A DNA stretch of 40,246 nucleotides from Psammoneis japonica (Eukaryota). The notes beneath the pieces were generated by a model that was given only the letters and a program-made list of their open reading frames with translations, searched no databases and was not told where the DNA came from. Location of the stretch: assembly GCA_008632985.1 (NCBI GenBank), contig QPGO01000361.1, forward strand, positions 1 through 40,246, written 5' to 3'. The translations under genes were made by a program, and so were the position numbers. Below, one piece after another: positions 23,267-33,855 of the stretch. Position 1 is the first letter of the stretch. Every line of letters begins with the position of its first letter.

Positions 23267-26200
23267 ATGAAACAAATGGCAGCAGACATGGTTAGACGCA
23301 TGAGCATTGGCTTCCCAAAATGGGGGTGTCTTTTCATGCTTGTTTCCTTGTGGCTATTCCATTTGTGTGCAGCTGCTACTCACACGGCAGGATTGTACTT
23401 TCAAGAAAGTCTTACCGGCCCTCTCGGTGTTGGACACTGTGATGATGAATCGATTAATGTCATTTCTTCCTTGATATACCTAAAACGAATAGGAAGACTC
23501 AGTGAATGGAATTTCGACATTTCAATCAAAAGCTTCGACGACCCCAACCTTGAGTCAAAGCTTGCGTCCTTTACGGTCTTTATCATGCCAGAAATTGAGT
23601 TGACAGATGATCTTTCATATGTGGATGGTTGGGGCGAAACTCCCCAACGATTAATGAGATCCTTCGTAGAAAAAGGTGGAACGCTAATACAGATGTCACC
23701 TTACTTGGGAGGACCTAACTTTGTGAATTCCATCTTCCCAGGATGGGATGTAAGATATTCTGGCCGCTGCAGAGCCTCGATGCGTCTAAATTCAGATGTG
23801 GTAGCTGGGACATCCTTTGACGGAGGGCCGGCTTTGCTTGGTTGCCCAAGCTCCACTATGCAAGTCAGTTGCGGAACCGTTCCTTGCACGCCGATATACG
23901 GGACGGAGAAATTTGCGACGTTGGTGTTACTCCCATATGGTTCAGGTGGAGTGATTTACTATTCTTGGGATTTTCACAATGGTGGCAAAAGAATCGACAT
24001 CCCAGGGGTTGGGATGCACATAGATTGCCCGTCTAGATTCGATGATTGGGCCATGGAGATTCTTCCACGGTCTCTAAAATACAATGACTTTGTCACAACT
24101 CCGAGCACACCGTCACCAACAAATCAGCCAACAATAGCACCTTCAGTTGACCAAACTTTGGAATGTATTGATGATCCAGGAGGCTGGCATGACTCCTATG
24201 GTGACCAATACAACTGCGCCTGGTACGCTACAGACAACAACTGCGAGCAATACGGAGATTTGTTCCGCAATTTTGGTGCAACAGCGAACGATGCATGCTG
24301 CGCCTGTGAGGGAGGCAAAGTGGTTGCCATGAAAGATTCTGCAGTATCAATGAGCCCGACTCAGCTACCTACTTCTTTTCCATCGCCATGGCCTACGTCC
24401 AGGCCTACAACGAGCCCCACAACATCGGCTCCGACGTTGCTACCAACGAGTTCTCCCACGCGGACACCTACATTATCTCCATCATTTGCGCCAACAAGAC
24501 GTCCGACACAAATACCAACACTGAATCCGACAGATTCTCCAACACGGAAACCAAGTTCACCTCCAACAGTAGAGCCCACGCCACGGCTTACAATACCTCC
24601 ATCGCCATTGCCTACGTCTGGGCCTACAATAAGCCCCAAAACATCGGCTCCCACGTTGCTACCAACGACTTCTCCGACGCGGACACCTACATCATCTCCA
24701 TCACCAGCGCCAACAAGTCGTCAGACAACAATATCAACACAAAATCCGACAGCTTCTCCAACACAAAACCCAACTTCATCTCCAACAGTAAAGCCCACGC
24801 CAGAGCTTACGATACCTCCAACCTCATTACCGACAAAGTCGCCCACGAATTTGCCTACACTAGCAAGTACATCATATACGACAAGTTCCCCAACACCTAT
24901 ACCAACGTCTCAGCCAACGGATCCTCCCACCACATCACCGACACGGACACCAACTGACATTCCAACTGCTAATCCATCAAAAGACCCGACCCCGTCACTC
25001 ACATCAAAACCTACATTGAAGCCGACGCCCTCAACAACTTTGGAGACAGCGTTGCAGACAATAGAAAATGCAACATCACTCACCGCAAGGCCCTCAACAA
25101 TGCAGCCTAGAATACCGACGCCAGCAAAAACTGGGCAAGTGTGCTCCAAAAACAAGGACTGCACTTCTAAGATATGTAGGAGTGGAGTCTGCATGGCATC
25201 TGCGGAATGCTACCCTGTCAAACACAGACACGGAACTCGATTTGATATCGATGCTGTTAATCTAGTTTTCATTGGGTCAGCATTCAATACAACAACTCAC
25301 GAGGCTTGGCGTGATGAAGTCAAAAAGACCAATAGATTCTTCAGACTTTACAAAGCGTTCGGAAAAGATATTGATCAGCTCAATGTCTTCCTCGTGGACC
25401 CTGCTGAATTAAGCGGTTCCTTTTGCGATTATGGATGTTCAAACATTGATCGGTTGCTGTGTTGTGATATAGAAACCGTTGAAGCTCTTGCAAGCAAGTG
25501 TTTCTCCGTCGGTCCCAACCTTCAAACTATTGTGATCCACAACGATTTGAAATACGGAGGAGCTGGATACCCCAATCTGAACATTGCCACAATGTCTACT
25601 CATCCACTTGGCTGTTCCATTTCTGTACATGAGCTTGGCCACTCGCTTTTTGAACTCAATGATGAGTACATGTATGGCGACGGCAGTGAGGATGATCCAA
25701 ACTGTGATGGCACGGCGGACTGTTCGAAATGGTCCGATTTGATTGATAATACACCGGAAGGGTACGATAAAGTGGAATGCGTGCCCGGTTGCCAGAACAA
25801 TCGCTTTTTTGTTTCGGGTACGACATACATGCGTGATTTAGGCCGCCCCGTGGGAGCCGTGAATGAGCGTTTCAGCTGCTGCACGTATTTGGCCCTCACG
25901 AAATCCATTCCATCGTACTGCCGAGTTTTCGACATGGCTCCCGGCTATCTTTACGATTACTGCGAGCGCCACGATTATCAGGGATACGGAAAGTCAATCT
26001 ACCAAAATAACACTGCAATTGAAATCAAAGCGTCTTTTTCGCATTTTAACGCAACGGAGGAATCCAGCAAGTACACGTTTGTGAGAGACCCGGTACTGGT
26101 CAAGGTCAGGTTACGGAGGAATGGCAAGGTAGTAGTTCGAGATGAGCCCTATTCCTTGCCCTCTGGAATGTACCCGACGAGGCAGGTACGAGGTGACTTT

Positions 26201-26485
26201 GGTCGCCCCAAGGACGCTTTCCGGCAAGGCGTTGATTCGATAGTCAAGGTCAAGGTATTTTACCGATCGGGAAAAGAGATCTTGTACTTTTCTCGCAACG
26301 TAACGGTTGCAGTCCCGCTGTTGCCCCCATCCATGGACCATTACACGACAAAGGACAAGGATGATGGTGAACCACGGCGTGTCTACCCAAAAGCCAAAGT
26401 CATCGAGATGGTTCTCGAAAGAAATGAGAGAAAGATACGAAGATTCCGAGGACAGATTATTGAAACCGCAACTACCGAATCATAA
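23267..26485 (+). CDS. Paralogous secreted M64-like metalloprotease with a single N-terminal domain and a longer PT stalk
   Basis: 1072-aa ORF highly similar to 16342..20103, with the same HELGHSLFELNDEY motif. The last ~500 nt are near-identical. Confidence 0.85.
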   Translation: MKQMAADMVRRMSIGFPKWGCLFMLVSLWLFHLCAAATHTAGLYFQESLTGPLGVGHCDDESINVISSLIYLKRIGRLSEWNFDISIKSFDDPNLESKLASFTVFIMPEIELTDDLSYVDGWGETPQRLMRSFVEKGGTLIQMSPYLGGPNFVNSIFPGWDVRYSGRCRASMRLNSDVVAGTSFDGGPALLGCPSSTMQVSCGTVPCTPIYGTEKFATLVLLPYGSGGVIYYSWDFHNGGKRIDIPGVGMHIDCPSRFDDWAMEILPRSLKYNDFVTTPSTPSPTNQPTIAPSVDQTLECIDDPGGWHDSYGDQYNCAWYATDNNCEQYGDLFRNFGATANDACCACEGGKVVAMKDSAVSMSPTQLPTSFPSPWPTSRPTTSPTTSAPTLLPTSSPTRTPTLSPSFAPTRRPTQIPTLNPTDSPTRKPSSPPTVEPTPRLTIPPSPLPTSGPTISPKTSAPTLLPTTSPTRTPTSSPSPAPTSRQTTISTQNPTASPTQNPTSSPTVKPTPELTIPPTSLPTKSPTNLPTLASTSYTTSSPTPIPTSQPTDPPTTSPTRTPTDIPTANPSKDPTPSLTSKPTLKPTPSTTLETALQTIENATSLTARPSTMQPRIPTPAKTGQVCSKNKDCTSKICRSGVCMASAECYPVKHRHGTRFDIDAVNLVFIGSAFNTTTHEAWRDEVKKTNRFFRLYKAFGKDIDQLNVFLVDPAELSGSFCDYGCSNIDRLLCCDIETVEALASKCFSVGPNLQTIVIHNDLKYGGAGYPNLNIATMSTHPLGCSISVHELGHSLFELNDEYMYGDGSEDDPNCDGTADCSKWSDLIDNTPEGYDKVECVPGCQNNRFFVSGTTYMRDLGRPVGAVNERFSCCTYLALTKSIPSYCRVFDMAPGYLYDYCERHDYQGYGKSIYQNNTAIEIKASFSHFNATEESSKYTFVRDPVLVKVRLRRNGKVVVRDEPYSLPSGMYPTRQVRGDFGRPKDAFRQGVDSIVKVKVFYRSGKEILYFSRNVTVAVPLLPPSMDHYTTKDKDDGEPRRVYPKAKVIEMVLERNERKIRRFRGQIIETATTES
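24350..25125 (+). repeat. PT/PS mucin-like coding repeat with an internal duplication
   Basis: PTSRPTTSPTTSAPTLLPT... recurs as PTSGPTISPKTSAPTLLPT... Confidence 0.85.
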
Positions 26486-26663
26486 CTCATTTTCTCAAAC
26501 CATGGTTCCATAGGTTGCCAGTGATCATGTCTTTTCATCCCTCCCCTGAACACTGTTCAAGTCGAATCCACCGGGTAGTTGTATTCCGTTGATCAAAATC
26601 CTTGCATCCTCCATCACTGGATTCACCGCACTCATGCTGCGTAGTGGTTTTTCTTGCAAACAA

Positions 26664-26739
26664 AATTCCCATTGCAATTGCTCCTTGCAGGCTGGGGAGA
26701 ACGAATTCCCATTGCAATTGCTCCTTGTAGGCTGGGGAG
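26664..26739 (+). repeat. Two 36-bp direct repeats with a 40-bp period
   Basis: aattcccattgcaattgctccttg[c/t]aggctggggag at 26664 and 26704. Confidence 0.95.
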
Positions 26740-26825
26740 GACGCAAAGGCGTTGGAAACATTTTCTCGTTTGCACTGCTTCAAAGAACACTCACTTTAGA
26801 GCCAACTTGAAATCCATCTACTTGT

Positions 26826-27300
26826 ACTCCGGAATGCATCCGACGAGGCAAGTGCGACGGTGACTTTGGTCGCCCCAAGGACGCTTCTCAGCAACGCATT
26901 GATTCGATAGGCAAGGTGAAGGCATCTTGCCGATCGGGAAAAGATATCGCACTTTTCTCGCAACGTGACGGTTGCAATCCCCCTGTTGCTCCCATCCATG
27001 GACCAGTTCACGACAAAAAGGATAAGGAGGACAATGGTGCTCCACGAAGCGTCTATCCCAAAGACAAATTCATCGAGATGGTTCTCGAAAGAAATGAAAG
27101 ATGCGAAGATTCCGAGGACAGATTATTGAAACCGCAAGCACCGCATCATAACTCATTTTCTCAAACCATGGTTCCTCTTGGCTTCATTCAAAGACAAAGG
27201 GAATATGCTTAACTCTCACGAACATTGTTCAAGTGGAATCCACTTGCTAGTCTCTAGAACTGTTTCCTCATTGAACCTGTGTTTCATGGCAACTTTGTGT
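26826..27300 (+). pseudogene. Third, truncated copy of the M64-like gene 3' end and 3' flank
   Basis: Aligns to 26161-26510 and to 19780-20160 and 20360-20402. Carries frameshifting indels. Confidence 0.92.
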
Positions 27301-27823
27301 TGCGCGCTTGTCGTTGTTGTTGTGCTTTCAATCATGAAACCAGCGACACAAGCGGTCGCACAGACGACTCATTTCACTTGTGTCTTTCATTCGTACTATA
27401 GACTGTTCTCGTTTTTCGATTGTAATATGAAACTATAGCGTCTGATGGAACGCCCGGAGTAGCATAAGAGACAGACCGTCATGGCTTGCTCGCAACGGAA
27501 AATGTGAGGAGAGAAAAATTGAAAATCAAGTAAGCTATTATGGGTAAACGAATTCCAATAAAGTTATGTTCTGTAACGGTTTCAATGAACATATTAACCT
27601 GCTAATACATATAAAGAAATCGTTATCCAATGGTTTTATTCGTTTCATTATGTTCAATTCATAAGCATATTTGACATTAATATAAAAATTACGTGACACT
27701 ATCATGTTCGCATTCCATGATTCACCGTCGCGGCAAAAAGGAATCACACACAACGCGATTGAAGCGGCGCTTTCATCATCTCAACACCTCCTGTTGTCGA
27801 CAATACTCTTTCTTTTTTCAACA

Positions 27824-29247
27824 ATGGGTGGCATTTGTTCGAGTGACTCAGCAGTTGAGTTGAATACGGTTGTTGTGTTGTGACAAATGACTGGCAGAAA
27901 ATATACTCACTCGATTATTTGTGTGTGTCTCACGCCAGTGTTTTGAACCCTTTCTTTCTCTGTTTCATAATGATAATGACGACGAACAACAGGTAGACAC
28001 ACCATCGTCGCAACCATCTTCCAAGGCGGCTGGTGCTTCGGGAGGCAAGAGTAGTGGTGAACGAAAGTTTAATGATGTTTACAAATTGGGAAAAGATGTA
28101 AGGATTCGTCATGGTGGTGTCGTCGTCGTGCGCAAGATTGCTCGCTCAAAAATTACGATCTTTCGTCTGACCGTTATTCGGTGTTCGCATGTTATTTTTT
28201 TGTTTTGCTCCTCATTTTTTTTAGCTCGGCGAGGGCGCCTTTTCCGTGGTAAAGGAGGGATCGAATCGGCAAACGGGTGAATCGTATGCCATCAAGGTTG
28301 TCACAAAGTCCAAACTCACAGAAGAAGACGCGATTGCCCTCCAGGATGAAATCCAAATCCTCCAGGATATGCATCATCCCAACATTATTCGCCTCTACGA
28401 TGTCTTTGAGGAGCCGCAGTATTATTATCTAGTGACGGAGAAAATGGGTGGCGGAGAGCTCTTTGATCGGATTGTGCAAAAGTCGTATTATAACGAAAAG
28501 GAGGCACGAGATGTTTGCCGAATTATCTTTGCGGCTATTGCGTATTGTCAAGAAAAGCGTGTGGCGCACCGTGATTTGAAACCCGAGAATCTGTTGCTTG
28601 CTGTGAGTTGTAAATGTTGTTGTATGGTATTGCATTGATTGATTGCGCAGGCCTTTGTGGTTATATGATTCTCACAACACCCACGTTCTCTATTTCAACA
28701 CACATGACAGAGCGCCAAAGACGACGTTTCCATCAAGATTGCTGACTTTGGCTTTGCCAAGCTTGTCAAACAACCCAAATCGCTCACCACTCAGTGTGGC
28801 ACACCCGGTTATGTCGCTCCCGAAATTCTCGAGGGCGTCCCCTACGACGAGTCGGCAGACATGTGGTCCTTGGGCGTGATTTGCTACATTTTATTGGGTG
28901 GCTATCCTCCCTTTATCGAACAGAATCAACGCGAATTGTTTAAAAAGATTCGTCGCGGCCAATACGAATTCCACGAAGAGTACTGGTCGGGTGTGAGTAA
29001 GGATGCCAAGCATTTGATTTCGTCCCTCTTGGTGGTGAACCCCGACAAGCGCATGACAGCCGCCAAGGCGCTCGAACACAAGTGGATCAATGCGGAAGAA
29101 ACCAAGCTAGCGAACAATGATTTGGGTGTCAATTTGGAGCAATTTAAGAAATTCAATGCCAAGCGCAAGTTCAAGGGTGCCGTGAGTGCGGTGATTGCAG
29201 CCAACAAGATCAATTCGTTGGGTGCCAACTTTCGAGACAATTTGTAA
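27824..29247 (+). CDS. Ca2+/calmodulin-dependent Ser/Thr protein kinase (CaMK1-like); introns ~27854-27992 (uncertain), 28098-28224, 28603-28710
   Basis: Motifs LGEGAFSVV, AIK, GGELFDRI, HRDLKPEN, IADFG, CGTPGYVAPE, DMWSLGVI and a CaM-binding FNAKRKFKGAV tail. Putative MGGIC acylation start. Confidence 0.92.
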
Positions 29248-29500
29248 AAGAAGCGAGGGAATCATCATAATGTAGTGAATGTAGTTTGTTTTTGTTGTAA
29301 AGTGTGGAGTGGTGTAGTGTTTAGGACGGCTCGACCGAGTTGCGTCATGGATATGTTTTTGCTCTCTCTACTCATTGGAAAGGGGAAACTAGACACAGTG
29401 TTCTCGATGCTACAAGACTGTAGCACATTGGAATCCAAGAACTCTCCTCTAACTATTTGAGAGATTAAAACTGTCAACCTTACAAACAACATCTCCAAGT

Positions 29501-30305
29501 TCATTTTTTATTCTTTTTCTTGTCCTTTTGTTCTTCCTTGTAATCCCGTATAAAGTGTACATACTTTGTAAGCTCCATAACTTGTTGCTTTTTTCGTCCA
29601 TAAATGCGTGCTGCTTGAGTCGTTGTCGTTTCATCCATGGCTTTTCGTATTCCTTGACAATTTTTCGTTCTCGCAGAACGTCTGTATTGAGAAAGGAGGG
29701 AGAGGAATTCATTAAAAAAATCATACAAACAATATCCTTCCAACACATGCAAAATTCGTACCATCATTTCCCATGCCTCGTACCGCACGTTGCGCAGCGG
29801 CTTGTGGGTCTTCGTGTCGTAATTTTCCCGTTTGAGGATCGGGTACAACACGTATAATTTCTTGCCAATAACAACGGTATTGTTGTTGTTTGAACAAGAA
29901 ATGAGGGAGTCGTCTTGTAAAGAGAAAAGACGACGACGACGACGACGACGCCATGGTGATACTGTAGAGTTGTGTGTCTGCTCTCGTTGTGTGTCAACGA
30001 ACACGTTGTTGTTTTGTCGCGCACCCATCTTTACAGACACGCTGCCAAAAACATGAGGCGCGCGTCGATGATACATACTACAAACTCTACAGTACGTAGA
30101 AAGTTGGTACAAAGATACGGCACAATTGTGCGCATCGGCGGATTTGGTTGCCATAACAACAAAGCGAACCGTTGGTAAGAAGACCATGGCGTATGACCCG
30201 TCGTGAATGGCATTCCGGTATATTGTAATGAGTGATTGTTGTTGTGATGAAAACAAAACGTTGCTGTCGTTGACGGATACGAGCGACGGACATCATCATC
30301 GCCAA
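29501..30305 (-). CDS. Hypothetical protein with a Lys-rich C-terminus; 5' structure uncertain
   Basis: 251-codon ORF 29501..30256 whose C-terminal ~120 aa look protein-like. Possible start near 30305, divergent from OSCP. No family recognised. Confidence 0.4.
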
Positions 30306-30409
30306 TGTCCCTTTTGCGTATTTGCGTGAATACGAAACTCCCTATTTTCGTATCTAACAAGTTTCTTATTCAATCTCTCACATTTTGTGTAGCATCCAAA
30401 ACAACAACC

Positions 30410-31042
30410 ATGTTGACGACGACTCGCATTGTTTCCAAACGAGCCGTGTCTCGCATCGCGATGACGACTCGTGCCTTTGCTACTGCACAAGAGCACAAGC
30501 CCCCGATTGATTTGCACGGCCTTCATGCTCGTTATGCCAATGCACATATGTGGCAGCATCCAAATCCAACGCCCTCGAACAAGTGGAACAAGAATTGATT
30601 GCCCTCAAGGAAACGGCTGCCAAATCCCCGGCCTTTCAACAATTTTTAGAAAATCCCATGATTTCCCGTGATACCAAAACGGCTCAAGTTCAAGACATGT
30701 TGAAATCGAAAACGACACCCACCACATTGAATCTCATGACGACCTTGGCGGGCAATGCCCGTTTGGCGGAATTGCCCAAAATTGTCAGCACGTATCAAGA
30801 ATTGCTCAAGGCCAAACGGGCCAAGTCGAGGCCACAATCATTTCGGCCGATGCGTTAACCAAGCAACAAACCGACATGGTGGCGGCTGCCATGAAGACAC
30901 AAGTTGGCAAGGACAAAAAGGTGGTGCTTTCCACCAAGGTGGATCCGTCCATTTTGGGAGGACTTCAAGTGCAAATTGGTGATCATTTTTGGATTTGAGT
31001 GTCAGTAGTCGTATCGATGCCGCGTCTCGTACGGTTGTTTAG
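30410..31042 (+). CDS. ATP5PO: Mitochondrial ATP synthase OSCP (subunit O), with three apparent single-base indels
   Basis: R/T/S-rich presequence, PPIDLHGLHARYANA, FQQFLENP, NLMTTLAGNARL and KVDPSILGGLQVQIGD, read across shifting frames. Confidence 0.9.
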
Positions 31043-31517
31043 AAGTAATGAGAGAGAGGAAGGTTGTAATCACTAAAACCGTTTAGTAAATTTGCAACAC
31101 GAGTTCCTTGATCCGAAACTAGTGTACACTTACTTCATTCATCAATCCATGCTGTTGATCATGGCTTTCAATCTTTACCAGGCATGCTATTAGAGAAGAG
31201 GTTACAATAGCTACACTGTACAACGACTTGCGAGGTTGGTTACAGTACCGGTATGTACCGTACACTATTATTTGGGGGCCTAAAACCTTTCTCTTTATCA
31301 GAGCTCGCAGCTCGCACGCTGACGTCACCACAAAATCGCCAGCCAACCACGAAAAAGTGCGGGGCAAGACGACACGACCACCACGTTTTTCTTTCTTGTT
31401 CTGTGCGTGTTGCATTGTTGGAGACCGTCTCGTCAGCTGCTGTAGTACTCCAATACAAATCACATTGACACTCTCTTTTGTTCTTTCTAAAAACAATCCT
31501 GTTTTTTTTACAAAATC

Positions 31518-32184
31518 ATGGCAATTGGCCCTCTCGGACGAATTATTGCGCAAGTCGTGGTGCCCGTGATTGCCGGTGTTGGCCCGGGCCTTCCCGCGGC
31601 CTATTCGGCAGCCGTACAAAACGCCAAGAAAAGCGGCGTGGCCAAGGAAACTGCAAAAAATCCCTTTGCACGGCCAGAATGGCACGCGATGAAGCCTTGC
31701 AAATACTCAATTTAACCGAGGCCGAAGCGACGCCGGAAGCGATTCAAAAAGTAAGACGTTGTGTGATTTTCGCCGTGATGTGTGTTTTTGCAAAAAACGT
31801 ACAATTAAAAAATCTCACTCGTGTGTCATTCTACTATAGCAATACCAAAAATACTTTGAAGCCAATGCCGTCAACAAGGGAGGATCATTTTATTTGCAAT
31901 CCAAAGTATACAGAGCAAAGGAAATGCTGGATGAATTTGAAAAAGAAAAGAGAATGGAATTAAAGGAAGAAAAGGCAAAACAAGAAAAAAACAACAACAA
32001 TAGCAATAATGATGATGAAACAAAAAAGGAGTTGGATAAAGGAATGATATATGATGGGATGAATCGTCTTTTCACAAGTGCGAATTTAGCAAAAAGTAAG
32101 GCCACTCGGAACGAATGCTCTGTAGCTATGCGTGTGAAGAACTCGTTCCTTTTGCACGAGGTTTATTATTTCCAAAAGTTTTGA
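31518..32184 (+). CDS. PAM16: Mitochondrial import motor subunit Pam16/Tim16; intron 31751-31839; apparent indels in exon 1; true stop may be earlier
   Basis: MARDEALQILNL...IQK|QYQKYFEANAVNKGGSFYLQSKVYRAKE is the Pam16 J-like signature. Confidence 0.88.
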
Positions 32185-33168
32185 AAAGATTCGTATAGCT
32201 CCTGTCGCTTTGGAGATAAATTTCGTACTGTTTTGTTGGCCCTATTGATATTGTCGCTTGCTCGAGTCTTGTGTGCCGTTTCTCCGTCGCGCCGCTACAA
32301 GTAGCTACTCTGCATGATTTAATCCTGCAAGTCAATGTGAGGACTGACTCGAGTTTGAAAAAGCCACAAGTTCTTGAATCCTCTGCTCAATGTTGTAGAA
32401 CTTTTGCAATCTCGAGAGTTTCACAATCATGACGCTGAAGAAAATCAACAGCACTGAGTGGCCTCTAGTTTCTCCGCAACCCACATTGGTCTCATGTGAA
32501 ATTTTGGATTGGTCGAGAAGGAGACAAGGAAACGAGAAGCAAGCACTCCGATACTCTAAAGAGAGGATACTGGCTGTTGTGTGATGAAACGAATCATTCG
32601 GGCATTCGCAATGAGCAATGACTCTTCTTCTCAGCTAGAGATCCCACGGTGTTTCAACTATTTTGGTTTGTTCCCCGCGCGCTACGGTGTACGTTAGGGA
32701 GATGATGCAGTGAACAGGAAGGCTACACTATTCCGAACAGGGAAGAAAAAGTGAGAGGCGAACAACTGTGATGCCGATAAATGAGCGGTAATCGTAGACT
32801 AGTCTCTACTAGTAGTCATAGCTCGAGGCAATAGGCATTTCCTGAGAACTCAAGGCAATATGGCATAAGAAAAAGACATTTATTGAGTCATGAGGCAATA
32901 GGTATGTAAATACGTACAGTGCTCGTGCTGTGAGAGACAGAGAAAACAAGAAGTCATTTATTTGTCCTTCGGTATTTTTTTATAACATGAATGACGGCAA
33001 TAAATCCCGAAAAAGCCAAAGAACAAGAAAAATGTCCATCTGTGTAGGATTCTACAGGCTTCGTACCAGTTCTGCGGTGGTTCACAAAAACCCATGTTTC
33101 AACCGTGTCCAATTTTCGCCTCACTTTTTCTCCGTCTATTTGCTCTCACAATTCAAAATCTTGCAATC

Positions 33169-33855
33169 ATGAAACTCCATCTCGCGTTGATCTCCCTTGT
33201 TCTCCTCTCTGTTTCCACAGAGGCTCTCGACGCTGTTGCAACTGGCGGTGGGCTGAGGGGGTTATCCTACCACCACGAGAAAAAAGAAGGCGAGGACAAG
33301 GTCAAGCCTGGCAAACCAGAAAAGCCGGGACGTCCGCTCAAGCCCGGAAGGCCGGGAAGGCCCTTGAAGCCTGGAAAGCCTGGAGGGAGGCCCGATAAGC
33401 CGGGACGTCCTGAGCACCCTGGCAAGCCAGCTGAGAAGCCTGATAAACCAGGACGTCCCGAACACCCTGGCAAGCCAGCTGAGAAACCTGAAAAGCCAGG
33501 ACGCCCTGAACATCCTGGCAGGCCCGGCAAACCCGACAAGCCAGGACGGCCCGAACGCCCAGGAAAGCCTGCATACCCTGGCAAGCCAGCTGAGAAGCCT
33601 GACAAACCAGGACGTCCCGATCACCCTGGCAAGCCAGCTGAGAAACCTGACAAACCAGGACGCCCTGAACATCCTGGTAAGCCCGGCAAACCTGACAAGC
33701 CAGGACGCCCCGAGCGCCCAGGAAAGCCTGCCCACCCTGGCAAGCCAGCTGAGAAGCCTGACAAACCGGGACGTCCCGAACACCCTGGCAAGCCAGCTAA
33801 GAAACCAAACAAGCCCGGACGCCCCGAGCGCCCAGAAAAGCCTTACTATCCGTAG
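33169..33855 (+). CDS. Secreted Pro/Lys/Gly/Arg-rich repeat protein, 228 aa
   Basis: Signal peptide [19 protein letters not shown], then GLRGL (RXL motif), then PGK/PGR/PEK/PDK/PEH repeats. DNA repeat units differ largely at synonymous positions. Confidence 0.85.
   Translation: MKLHLALISLVLLSVSTEALDAVATGGGLRGLSYHHEKKEGEDKVKPGKPEKPGRPLKPGRPGRPLKPGKPGGRPDKPGRPEHPGKPAEKPDKPGRPEHPGKPAEKPEKPGRPEHPGRPGKPDKPGRPERPGKPAYPGKPAEKPDKPGRPDHPGKPAEKPDKPGRPEHPGKPGKPDKPGRPERPGKPAHPGKPAEKPDKPGRPEHPGKPAKKPNKPGRPERPEKPYYP
33421..33840 (+). repeat. 159-bp (53-aa) higher-order coding repeat, ~2.7 copies
   Basis: ggcaagccagctgagaagcctga starts at 33421, 33580 and 33739. Confidence 0.9.

Noticed and set aside
30410..32184. 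OSCP and PAM16 as pseudogenes or as a functional mitochondrial gene cluster
   Set aside because: The indels look like sequencing errors, and adjacency of two genes is not evidence of co-regulation.
33262..33812. Antisense Gly/Pro collagen-like ORFs
   Set aside because: They are shadows of the + strand repeat gene, which has the signal peptide and the synonymous variation.
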